Shown: positions 39,128 through 48,105 of the stretch, piece after piece
How positions within the stretch are numbered: the stretch's first letter is position 1
How the letters are laid out: every line of letters starts with the position of its first letter
NCBI GenBank assembly: GCA_963666425.2
Contig: OY762825.2
Span: 736,001 to 800,000, forward strand
Reading direction: 5' to 3'
DNA from: Bacillota bacterium
Lineage (GTDB): Bacteria; Bacillota; JAAYKD01
Length of the DNA: 64,000 bases
Program-made: the position numbers and the translations under genes
Notes under the pieces: model-generated
Told to the model about the DNA's origin: nothing
The model's database searches: none
The model's input: the letters and a program-made list of their open reading frames with translations, nothing else

Positions 39128-39496
39128 ATGGCTGCTATGAAGTATTCTTTCAGTGAAAAAGGTACGTTGATTCAGATGGAAGGCAAGCAGGACCTATTGG
39201 TCAGTAAAGAAAACTTTGGACCGATGGACCTTTTTGAAGCCAGCATCGGCGCCTGAATGGGTGCGGGTATCGTAGGTTACGGTACAAAAAACCAGATCGC
39301 GATTGACGGAATCACAATGGAACTTTTTGTCGAAAGAGATCCGGAGACGAAAATGGTCAATCAAATGAGTTATCAGGTTCATTTTCCGGCAGAATTTTCA
39401 GAAGAACAAAAAGCACTGATCCTGGATAAAATGGGCCATTGTTATGTTAAAAAACACCTTTTCACGCCGCCGACGGTCACAGTCAGCGAAGTATAG
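39128..39496 (+). CDS. OsmC-like protein, probable selenoprotein (UGA at codon 43)
   Basis: GGAGGA RBS and ATG 39128; GPMDLFEASIGA-TGA(39254)-MG; in-frame continuation to HCYV and TAG at 39496. Confidence 0.8.
39267..39285 (+). promoter_or_regulatory. Bacterial SECIS-like hairpin
   Basis: GTATCGTA-GGT-TACGGTAC 8-bp stem; G-initiated loop 18 nt after the UGA. Confidence 0.7.
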
Positions 39497-39508
39497 GGCG
39501 ACTGAATC

Positions 39509-39548
39509 GAAAAATCCGACACAGCCAAGCAGCGGTGTCGGATTTTTC
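39509..39548. terminator. Bidirectional terminator between convergent genes
   Basis: GAAAAATCCGACAC...GTGTCGGATTTTTC. Confidence 0.85.
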
Positions 39549-41141
39549 TTATGCTTTGACAAATCGTTTGGGATTGCGGATGGCCTTGCCGCCGCGGACA
39601 TCGTGATAAATACCCTTGTCCCAGGTTAGTTTGCCATTCACCAGAACATAGACGATGCCATTGGGATATTCTGTCGGCTGTGTTATACTGCCGTTGGTTC
39701 CAAACGTCTCGAAGTCAAAAATCGTGAGATCTGCCCAGGCGCCGACGGCAATGCGGCCCCGGTCACTCAACCGCAGTCGATCCGCCACCATACCGGTCAT
39801 CTTATGGATGCAGGTCGCCAGGTCGAGCAATTTTTCTTGCCGCACATACTTGGCGATCGTATAGGGATAAGTTTCATAATTGCGGGGGTGCGCTTCCAGG
39901 AGATCGATCCTGCGCTCATCCACCACAAAGCTGTCGGTTCCAACCATGGAGTAGGGATGCTTCAGGATACGGGCAATATCTTCCTCTCCCATGATACCGG
40001 CAGTTTTGACTTGGCCTTCATTCTCCAGGAATAAGCGCAGCACCAGCTCGGCGTAATTACACTGCCATTTTGCCATCACCTCGCCGAGATCGAGACCTTC
40101 GAGGCCGGCTGTTGTCCGGCACCAGAGAATGCCGTTGCCCAGCACCGATTGATAACGCACCGGATTGGCTGTGGCAAAAGCAGCCAATTCCGCAGCAACT
40201 TTTTGATAAATCTCCGGGTCATTGAGCGCTTGCAGCGCTGCTTCCAGACCGTTTTGCAGCAGCCATTCCGGCATTTGGGTGGCAATGGGATAAATCTGCG
40301 TATAAGGATGCAGATAAAGATCGGATAGGATATCGATGCCTTCTGCTCTGGCCGCTTCCATCAGAGCCAGGCATTGTTTCGTCTTGCCCCAATTGCGCTT
40401 GCCGCAAACCTTCTGATGCGCCAGATGCGGTCTGGCACCGCTTTGACGGCCGACATCGATCAGATCGGCGACCGACTGTTCTACCTGCAAATCCTGATTG
40501 AAGATATGGGAATCATATAAACCGTCGTATTTGGCCACCGGACGGCTGACAGCCACAATTTCCTCGTGGCTTGCCAGAGACCCGGGCAGATAGCGGCGGC
40601 CGCTGGATAAACCATAGGCGCCGTCCTGCATGGCCTGATCAATCATCTGACACATCCGCGCCAGTTCTTCCGCGCTGGGCTCAGCGGGATTCATGCCCAT
40701 CACCTGGTAACGGATTGTGCCCTGCCCGATCAGCATGGCCAGATTGATGGCGATGCCGTCCGCTTCCAGCCGATTGAAAAAATCATCCATCGTATGCCAG
40801 TCAACGTTCACTTCCCGCTTCTCCTGTAATTTGAGACGCGCTGCTTCGGTCAGCGGTGCTTCCGAACCGCCGCATTGACCGGCCAGAACAAAAGTAATGC
40901 CCTGGCGGATGGCGCTTTCTGCTTTAGGATTGGCCAGAATAGAGCGATCGGCATGACTGTGCATATCCATGAAACCCGGGCTGACTATCAAGCCGGCTGC
41001 GTCAATTTCACGTTCCGCTTTGCCGCTTAAGGGGTAACCGATGGCTGCAATTTTACCGGCCGCTATCGCCAGATCCTGTTTCAGACCGGGAGCACCGCTG
41101 CCATCCAGCACGAAACCGTTGCGAATGATCAGATCAAACAT
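39549..41141 (-). CDS. N-acyl-D-amino-acid deacylase (D-aminoacylase) paralog 2
   Basis: PGFMDMHSH, GQCG, GTDS, HPRNY, GRIAVGAWADL. Confidence 0.88.
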   Translation of the reverse strand: MFDLIIRNGFVLDGSGAPGLKQDLAIAAGKIAAIGYPLSGKAEREIDAAGLIVSPGFMDMHSHADRSILANPKAESAIRQGITFVLAGQCGGSEAPLTEAARLKLQEKREVNVDWHTMDDFFNRLEADGIAINLAMLIGQGTIRYQVMGMNPAEPSAEELARMCQMIDQAMQDGAYGLSSGRRYLPGSLASHEEIVAVSRPVAKYDGLYDSHIFNQDLQVEQSVADLIDVGRQSGARPHLAHQKVCGKRNWGKTKQCLALMEAARAEGIDILSDLYLHPYTQIYPIATQMPEWLLQNGLEAALQALNDPEIYQKVAAELAAFATANPVRYQSVLGNGILWCRTTAGLEGLDLGEVMAKWQCNYAELVLRLFLENEGQVKTAGIMGEEDIARILKHPYSMVGTDSFVVDERRIDLLEAHPRNYETYPYTIAKYVRQEKLLDLATCIHKMTGMVADRLRLSDRGRIAVGAWADLTIFDFETFGTNGSITQPTEYPNGIVYVLVNGKLTWDKGIYHDVRGGKAIRNPKRFVKA

Positions 41142-41156
41142 GCGAGTACCTCCTCT

Positions 41157-42746
41157 TTATTTGCCTTTGCGCAAAATTTTTCCCGCTTTGGCACCGGTGT
41201 GTCGGCCATCCTGGGCGGTCAGCACGCCGTTGACATAAACACGCAGAATACCTTGACAGGCTTGTTTCGGCTTCGTATAGGTCGGTGTGTCGATAATGGT
41301 TTCTGCATCGAATAAGACCAAGTCAGCCCAAAATCCTGGTTTGAGAAGACCTCTGTCCGGCAAGCCCATCCGCGCTGCCGGGAAACCGGTCATTTTCCAA
41401 ACGGCTGTTTCCAACGGGAATAGCCCGCGCTCACGGCAATAATGCCCTAAAACGCGCGGGAAGGTACCGAAATTGCGCGGATGCGGAATATCACTGCCGC
41501 TTAAGGGCAGAGAACTGCCGTCGGACCCGATCATCACCAGCGGATGCTTCATGATCATTTCCACATCTTCTTCACACATGCCAAAAGTAATCTGATTGAC
41601 GGTGCCTTTTTCTGCAATGATCAGATCGAGGGCGGCATCGACCGGTTCTTTGCCTTGCAGCGCGGCGATTTCTTCGATATTCTTGCCGATCAAGTGTTTA
41701 TTGGCTGCACTGGGCAGATCGGCTACCACGATATCGCTGAAGCGGCGCATTGATTTATCAAAATTAGCCAGTATTTCGGCGCGCATCTTGGCTCTGCTGC
41801 CCGGATCCTCTAGCCGTTTGATCATTTCATCCATACCACCCACAAAAGCCCATTTTGGCAGCATCGAAGTCAGGGTCGTAGCAGACGCGATATAGGGATA
41901 TTGATCGAGAGTGATATCGATTCCTTCCCGACGGGCGGCTTCGATACAAGCCAGCGTCGCGTGACTGGAAATACGCCAGTTTTTGCGGCCGGTGACTTTA
42001 TGATGGACACACTGCACGGCAATGCCGGCGCGGCGGCCGACTTCGATCGTCTCGCGCACGGAATCGAGGATGTAATCATTCTCATCCCGCATATGTGTTT
42101 CATAAAAGCCTTTGTACGGCGCGATCGCTTTGGCAACTTCCGCCAGTTCATCCAGATCAGCATAACAACCGGGCGGATAGATCAAACCGCTGGAAAGGCC
42201 AAAAGCGCCTTGCTGCATGGATTCGGCGGTCAAGCGCTGCATCTGGGCCATTTCTTCTGCACTCGGTTTGCGGTCGTCAAAGCCCATTACGGCCAAACGT
42301 ACCGTACCATGTCCGATCATACCGCCATAATTGCAGCTGTAACCGGCCGCTTCCATCTTATCCAGATATTCACCAAAACTCTGCCAGGAAAAGTCCATAC
42401 CCGGATCCAAAAAACCGACATAGCGTTTCAGTAAATCCATTTTTTCCGGATTAACCGGAGCTGCGGAGAGTCCGCAGTCACCGCCCAGTTCCGTGGTTAC
42501 TCCTTGCAGGATGCGGCTTTCCGCCAGTCCCACTTGGGTGATGGAAAAATCAGAATGAGAGTGAATATCGATAAATCCCGGGGCGAGTACCAGACCGCTG
42601 GCATCTATGACTTCTTTGGCTTGCTCGCATGGGACATAACCGACTGCCACGATTTTTCCATCCTGGACAGCTAAATCCCCCTTCTGCCAGGGTGCGCCGC
42701 TGCCGTCCAGTAAACAGGCATTTTTAAACAGTAAATCATACATCAA
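41157..42746 (-). CDS. N-acyl-D-amino-acid deacylase (D-aminoacylase) paralog 1
   Basis: PGFIDIHSHSD, GDCG, GLIYPPG, THMRDE, GSDG, HPRNFGTFPRVLG. Confidence 0.92.
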   Translation of the reverse strand: MMYDLLFKNACLLDGSGAPWQKGDLAVQDGKIVAVGYVPCEQAKEVIDASGLVLAPGFIDIHSHSDFSITQVGLAESRILQGVTTELGGDCGLSAAPVNPEKMDLLKRYVGFLDPGMDFSWQSFGEYLDKMEAAGYSCNYGGMIGHGTVRLAVMGFDDRKPSAEEMAQMQRLTAESMQQGAFGLSSGLIYPPGCYADLDELAEVAKAIAPYKGFYETHMRDENDYILDSVRETIEVGRRAGIAVQCVHHKVTGRKNWRISSHATLACIEAARREGIDITLDQYPYIASATTLTSMLPKWAFVGGMDEMIKRLEDPGSRAKMRAEILANFDKSMRRFSDIVVADLPSAANKHLIGKNIEEIAALQGKEPVDAALDLIIAEKGTVNQITFGMCEEDVEMIMKHPLVMIGSDGSSLPLSGSDIPHPRNFGTFPRVLGHYCRERGLFPLETAVWKMTGFPAARMGLPDRGLLKPGFWADLVLFDAETIIDTPTYTKPKQACQGILRVYVNGVLTAQDGRHTGAKAGKILRKGK

Positions 42747-42919
42747 AAAGCCCTCCTTTTTGTCAATTCAATCGGTGTCGAACCGAATTTGAATTACGAC
42801 TGCTCTTCTTTTCCACAAAACAGCCGCTGATTCCTTGTACTTTATTCCAATTGCATGAAGGTTTTTTCCTTAAGAAAGAGAAATATTCTACTATCTAAAT
42901 ATGTGGAGGTGTTTTTAAA

Positions 42920-44575
42920 TTGGCGCGTAAAGTCCCCATCTCATTTGACCGTTACTACAAATACGAAGAGATCATGCAGTATCTCAATGATGTCGTCGCC
43001 GCCTACCCTCAGCTGGCTTCCCTGGAAAGCATTGGTAAGAGTTATGAGCAGCGTGAGATTCCGGCTCTGACACTGACTGACCGCAGCAGCGGCACACCGG
43101 AAAACAAACCTGCGCTCTATGTGGAAGCAAACATCCACGCCGGAGAAGTCACCGGCAGTATGACTGCTCTCAATTTGATCGACCTCTTGCTGAGCGGCGC
43201 CGATCAGGATGCGAAAATTCATCGTTTGTTGGAGAAATATACCTTCTATATTCTGCCGCGCGTCAATCCGGACGGAGCGGAATATTATCTGACCACGCCA
43301 AACAGCCTGCGCTCCTCCGTGCGGCCATGGCCGGAACTCGGTATGGAAAATCTGCCCGGGCTGCATCCTCAGGACATTGACGGCAATGGTATGATTCTGC
43401 AAATGCGCTTGCGCGATGACAAGCGCGGCGCCTGGAAAATCAGCAAACGCGATGCCCGTTTACTGCTGCCCAGAGAACCCTGGGACAGTGACGAAGCCTT
43501 TTATCGTCTGCTGCCGGAAGGTTTAATCAATAATTACAGCGGCGAGCCGTTTGAAGTTGTCCGCTCCCCCTTCAATTTGGATATGAACCGCAATTTTCCC
43601 TCCAACTGGAATCCGGGTGTCCAGGGCGGCGGCGATTATCCCACCAGCGAGCCGGAAGTTCGCGGCGTGGTGGAATTTATCACCGCTCATCCCAACATCG
43701 CCCTAGCCAATTCCTACCACACTTCCGGCGGCATTTTCTTCCGTAATCCTTACCAGTATGGTGATGAAGCAATCGATGCCATGGATTTGAAGTGTATCCG
43801 TGCCGTTGCTGCCGAGGGAACCAAGGTCACCGGCTATCCGGATGTAAAATCCAGCAACCGCGCCTGCCTGCCGGAATGGCTGTATGAACATAAAGGTGTG
43901 ATCGGTTTTACAACCGAGCTCTGGGACAGAATCGGTCAGGCCGGAATCGACCGTGCCGCAGCGGCAAAAGCGGCCACCGCGGAAGAAAAAGAAGAGATTC
44001 AGATTCGCCTGCTGCAGTGGAATGACCGCGTTTTAGCCGGTGCCGGCTTCTCTGATTGGCAAACCTTTGAACATCCGCAGCTCGGCAGTGTAGAAATCGG
44101 CGGTTGGGATCCCAAATATAACCTGCAGAATCCCCCCACTTTCCTGTTGGCCGGTGAAACTTATAAAAACGCCTTATGGGCGATTCGGGAAGCGGCTTGT
44201 CTGCCCCACCTCTGCTTTGATGAAATCAAACAGGAGAAATTGGATGACAAGCTTTGGAAAATCACGGCTACCGTAATTAATGATGGCTTCTTGCCGACCA
44301 ATATCACCAACAAAGCTCTGAGCTTAAAAGCAGTCAAACCGGATTGTGTCAGTCTGGAAGGTGCCGAGATTCTCAACGGCAAAAAATCGATCCCACTGGG
44401 AAACCTGCAGGGTTATGCCAACGCTCATTTCAGCGGTGGCTGGGGTCCTGCGGTTCCCACCAGTTTAGGCAAAGCCGTCTGGTTGGTCAAAGCTGCGGCT
44501 GGCGATCAGATTACCTTAACCGCCAAGAGTGTCCGCGGCGGTAAAGATGTCATCAGCTTCAATTTAAACGACTGA
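42920..44575 (+). CDS. M14-family zinc carboxypeptidase
   Basis: IGKSYE.R, NIHAGE, NPDG, DMNRNFP, SEPE, YHTSGG, ELW; GGAGG RBS with TTG start. Confidence 0.9.
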   Translation: MARKVPISFDRYYKYEEIMQYLNDVVAAYPQLASLESIGKSYEQREIPALTLTDRSSGTPENKPALYVEANIHAGEVTGSMTALNLIDLLLSGADQDAKIHRLLEKYTFYILPRVNPDGAEYYLTTPNSLRSSVRPWPELGMENLPGLHPQDIDGNGMILQMRLRDDKRGAWKISKRDARLLLPREPWDSDEAFYRLLPEGLINNYSGEPFEVVRSPFNLDMNRNFPSNWNPGVQGGGDYPTSEPEVRGVVEFITAHPNIALANSYHTSGGIFFRNPYQYGDEAIDAMDLKCIRAVAAEGTKVTGYPDVKSSNRACLPEWLYEHKGVIGFTTELWDRIGQAGIDRAAAAKAATAEEKEEIQIRLLQWNDRVLAGAGFSDWQTFEHPQLGSVEIGGWDPKYNLQNPPTFLLAGETYKNALWAIREAACLPHLCFDEIKQEKLDDKLWKITATVINDGFLPTNITNKALSLKAVKPDCVSLEGAEILNGKKSIPLGNLQGYANAHFSGGWGPAVPTSLGKAVWLVKAAAGDQITLTAKSVRGGKDVISFNLND

Positions 44576-44655
44576 TCCGATTATTCCCTCATGCAGAATT
44601 AGCCAGGTTTCTTGAGAATCAACCCTATTTCCATTTTGAAAAAGGAGGAACTATC

Positions 44656-45204
44656 GTGTTGTTTGAAAAACCGGGTAAACAGAACACAGAAGCGACCGTG
44701 CAGGCTGTCATCACCAGGGCGCGGGCTTTGGGGATCAAACAGATTGTTGTCGGTTCGTATACGGGTTATTCCGCAGCTTTCTTCCTGCCTTATGCCAAAG
44801 AGTTCCAAATCTTCATCGTTGGTGAAGTCAGTGGCTTTCATCCGGGAGTAATCGCCATGTCAGAGGCAAAACATGCCGAATTTCGCGCCGCCGGGATGCA
44901 GGTCTATCACACCACGCACGTGCTCTCCGGTGCAGAACGCGGTATTTCTGCGCGCTTTCAAGGTGTTTATCCGGTTGAAATCATCGCCCACAGTCTACGC
45001 ATGTTGGGACAAGGCGTAAAAGTCAGCACAGAGATCAGCATCATGGCACTCGACGGTGGCTTAATTGCCGAAGACACCGACATCATTGCTGCCGGTGGGA
45101 CTGGCGGCGGTTTGGATACGGCACTCGTGATCAGACCCGCGCATGCGCAAAGAATCTTTGATACCAAGATTCAGGAAATCATCTGCAAACCTTACCTGGG
45201 ATAA
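44656..45204 (+). CDS. Pyruvate-kinase alpha/beta (DUF1867-like) domain protein
   Basis: FEKPGK.NT, THVLSGAER, LRMLGQGVKV..EI..MA.D, GG.DTA, I.EIICKP. Confidence 0.85.
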   Translation: MLFEKPGKQNTEATVQAVITRARALGIKQIVVGSYTGYSAAFFLPYAKEFQIFIVGEVSGFHPGVIAMSEAKHAEFRAAGMQVYHTTHVLSGAERGISARFQGVYPVEIIAHSLRMLGQGVKVSTEISIMALDGGLIAEDTDIIAAGGTGGGLDTALVIRPAHAQRIFDTKIQEIICKPYLG

Positions 45205-45230
45205 CTGATTTTCTCATATTACAGTGTACA

Positions 45231-45277
45231 AAAAAGCAAACCGCCCCGATCTGGCATCGGAGGCGGTTTGCTTTTTT
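45231..45277. terminator. Bidirectional terminator
   Basis: AAAAAGCAAACCGCC...GGCGGTTTGCTTTTT. Confidence 0.85.
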
Positions 45278-45279
45278 GC

Positions 45280-45936
45280 TTAATTTAATTGTTCAGTGGG
45301 GAAACTGTTAACCACCGGTTCTTTCGGTAATTCGGCTGGCAGAATGGGTGCTTCCGGTGTGCTGGGCGGTTTGACCTTTTTAGGCAGGAAAGCAAAGCCG
45401 CTGATGGCGCCAACCAGACCGCCGGCGATATGCGTGATTTGTGAAATGTTGTCTGTGATGGTGACTGCAGCGTAAATCTCTCCGCCCAGATAAATGCCGG
45501 TGATGATTAAAAAGGTCAGGGGAATGCCGCCGCGCTCTAAACCCGTCATCGAACAGAGAATGATGAAGGCGAACACAATACCGCTGGCTCCCAGCAAGGC
45601 GGTATCAAAAAAGACCATCTGGACCAAACCTGTGACAATGGCCGTAATGAACATAATCAGAAATAAACGCAGACTGCCGTATTTTTCTTCCAGCATCGGT
45701 CCGGTCAGCAACAGCAGCATCATGTTGCTGCTCAGATGTGCCCAATTGGAATGACCGAAGGTATGACAGAACAAGCGTAAATAGGTCAAGGGATCCGACC
45801 AAGAACTGCGGTAAACCGAGAAGACCAGACGATTGCTTTCGCCATTGGTCAGTCGGTTCAAACCCAAGGCCATTAAGGCAAGCGCGACAAAGGTTAGCAC
45901 CACCGGGGAATTATAACGTATTTTTCTCAACATCAT
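45280..45936 (-). CDS. Rhomboid-family intramembrane serine protease
   Basis: H...AHL..NM, LEEKYGS, LGASG, THIAGGLVG. Confidence 0.9.
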   Translation of the reverse strand: MMLRKIRYNSPVVLTFVALALMALGLNRLTNGESNRLVFSVYRSSWSDPLTYLRLFCHTFGHSNWAHLSSNMMLLLLTGPMLEEKYGSLRLFLIMFITAIVTGLVQMVFFDTALLGASGIVFAFIILCSMTGLERGGIPLTFLIITGIYLGGEIYAAVTITDNISQITHIAGGLVGAISGFAFLPKKVKPPSTPEAPILPAELPKEPVVNSFPTEQLN

Positions 45937-46093
45937 TTCCCACCTCCCTGTTCATCACCCGAATCCGCAAAATTTGCAGCAGATTCACCGGGATTATATT
46001 CAAATACAGATCATTGCCTGCCGACCAGGCAGCATCGCTGCTGCTGTGACCCCTCCCGTCAGCTTTGCTGAAGGCTGCTCTTGCACAGCTCTT

Positions 46094-47980
46094 TTATTTT
46101 TGTGAAATCATCAATTGCGAGATTGAATTAGAGAAAGCGACCGGATCTTCAATTGGCATGCCGGCAATCAGGAGTGCCTGATCATAAAGCAACTGAGCAT
46201 ACATGGCAATTTTCTCCGGCTGATCCGCCACCGTTTGCGCCAGCACGGCAAACAGCGGATGCTCGGCGTTAATTTCCAAGACCCGTTCCGCTTTCACCTT
46301 CTGTTCGGCGGCAGGCATAGCGTTCAGGACCTTTTCCATCTCCAGCGATAATTCCCCATCGTTGACCAAGCAGACCGGATGTTTTTTCAGGCGGGCAGAC
46401 AGGCGGACTGCCTTGACTTTACCGGTTAACGCTTTGCTCATTTCCTGCAGAAGCACTTGATTGAGATCCGTCTTTTTTTGAATCTCGGCTTTTTCTGCTT
46501 CGCTTTCCAAGCCCAGATCACTGTCTGTCACCGATTTAAATTCCTTATCGGCATAAGTACGCAGGACTTTGATGGCAAACTCGTCGACTTCTTCTGTCAT
46601 AGAAAGAATATCATAGCCTTTTTCCTGGATGGCATCGCTCTGCGGCAAAGCGGCGATTTTCGCTTCGGTTTCACCGCTGGCATAATAGATATGCTTCTGT
46701 TCTTCCGGCATCTTGGCGACATATTCCTGAAAAGAAATCAATTTGTTTTCCTTCAGGGAGTGGAAAAGAATCAAATCTTTCAGATCGTCTTTATGCATGC
46801 CGTAATCCGCATACATACCATATTTTAGCTGCAAGCCGAATCCCTTCCAGAATTTTTCGTATTTTTCTCTTGTATCCTGCAAAATTTTAGTCAATTCGGC
46901 GCGCAGTTTTTTCTCAATGTTCTTGGCGATCAGTTTCAGCTGCCGGTCGTGCTGCAGCATTTCGCGGGAAATGTTCAAAGAAAAATCTGCGGAGTCAACA
47001 ATCCCTCTGACAAAGCCAAAGTAATCGGGCAGCAATTCGCCGCAATTCTCCATGATCATGACGCCGTTGCAATAAAGCTGTAAACCTTTTTCGAAATTCT
47101 TGGTATAATAACCAAACGGCGGCTCAGCCGGTATAAAAAGCAAAGCATTATAGGTGACGGATCCTTCTACCTTAGTATTGATCACATGCAGCGGTTCGCG
47201 ATAATCGCCGAACTTATCCATGTAAAAGCCGTTGTAATCCTCATCCTTTAAATCTTCTTTTTGCTTGCGCCAGATGGGAATCATACTGTTGACGGTCTTG
47301 ATTTCTTTGACGGTTTCATACTCTTCCTGATTCTCTTTTTTGGGAACCGAAGTTTCCACTTCCATCCGAATGGGATAGCGGATATAATCGGAGTATTTTT
47401 TAATCAAATCCGTTAAGGTATATTGCTCTAAATATTCACTGTACTTCTCATCTTCGCTGTCCGGCCGCAGATAGAGGGTCACCTCTGTACCATGCGATTC
47501 CATGTCACAAGGTGTCAGGGTATAACCATCCTCACCGGAAGATTCCCAACAATTTGCTGTCGGCTGACCGTAGGCTTTGCTCCGGACAATAATCTTACTG
47601 CTGACCATAAAAGCCGAATAGAAGCCAACGCCAAATTGACCGATCACATCGGTTTCTCCTTCAAAAGCCTTGCGGAAATCCAAGGTACCGCTCTTCGCAA
47701 TTGTACCGAGATTATCGATCAGTTCATCTTCCGTCATACCGCAGCCATTATCACGGATAGTCAGCGTCCGTTCGGTCTGATTCACCGTCAAATCGATTTT
47801 TAAATCGTCGCGGCTGATGCTTTCTTTGCCTTCTGCTATTTCTTTCAGATAAAGCTTATCCAGCGCATCGCTCGCATTCGAGATCAGTTCGCGCAGGAAA
47901 ACTTCCTTATGCGTATAGATGGAATTAATCATCAATTCCATCAGCCGTTTTGACTCGGTTTTAAACTCTCTCTTTGCCAT
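46094..47980 (-). CDS. htpG: Molecular chaperone HtpG (Hsp90)
   Basis: FLRELISNASDA, DNGCGM, LGTIAKSG, IGQFGVGFYSAF, LNISREMLQ. Confidence 0.97.
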   Translation of the reverse strand: MAKREFKTESKRLMELMINSIYTHKEVFLRELISNASDALDKLYLKEIAEGKESISRDDLKIDLTVNQTERTLTIRDNGCGMTEDELIDNLGTIAKSGTLDFRKAFEGETDVIGQFGVGFYSAFMVSSKIIVRSKAYGQPTANCWESSGEDGYTLTPCDMESHGTEVTLYLRPDSEDEKYSEYLEQYTLTDLIKKYSDYIRYPIRMEVETSVPKKENQEEYETVKEIKTVNSMIPIWRKQKEDLKDEDYNGFYMDKFGDYREPLHVINTKVEGSVTYNALLFIPAEPPFGYYTKNFEKGLQLYCNGVMIMENCGELLPDYFGFVRGIVDSADFSLNISREMLQHDRQLKLIAKNIEKKLRAELTKILQDTREKYEKFWKGFGLQLKYGMYADYGMHKDDLKDLILFHSLKENKLISFQEYVAKMPEEQKHIYYASGETEAKIAALPQSDAIQEKGYDILSMTEEVDEFAIKVLRTYADKEFKSVTDSDLGLESEAEKAEIQKKTDLNQVLLQEMSKALTGKVKAVRLSARLKKHPVCLVNDGELSLEMEKVLNAMPAAEQKVKAERVLEINAEHPLFAVLAQTVADQPEKIAMYAQLLYDQALLIAGMPIEDPVAFSNSISQLMISQK

Positions 47981-48006
47981 GGCAATCACCTCAATTTTTA
48001 ATCTTG

Positions 48007-48033
48007 TTAGCACTCCATCACATCGAGTGCTAA
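48007..48033. promoter_or_regulatory. CIRCE element (HrcA operator) upstream of htpG
   Basis: Exact TTAGCACTC-N9-GAGTGCTAA, downstream of a minus-strand TTGCAT-17-TATAAT promoter (48069-48041). Confidence 0.95.
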
Positions 48034-48105
48034 CAATCGAATTATAAAACTTTCTTTCGTAAAATGCAAGGCTTTGTCAGAATTATTTCTGTTGCCGGCT
48101 GCCTC

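Noticed and set aside
39194-39496. ORF-track calls 39257-39496 (+) as a complete gene and 39194-39382 (-)
   Set aside because: The + ORF lacks an RBS and is better explained as the 3' part of the UGA-containing gene; the - ORF is its antisense shadow.
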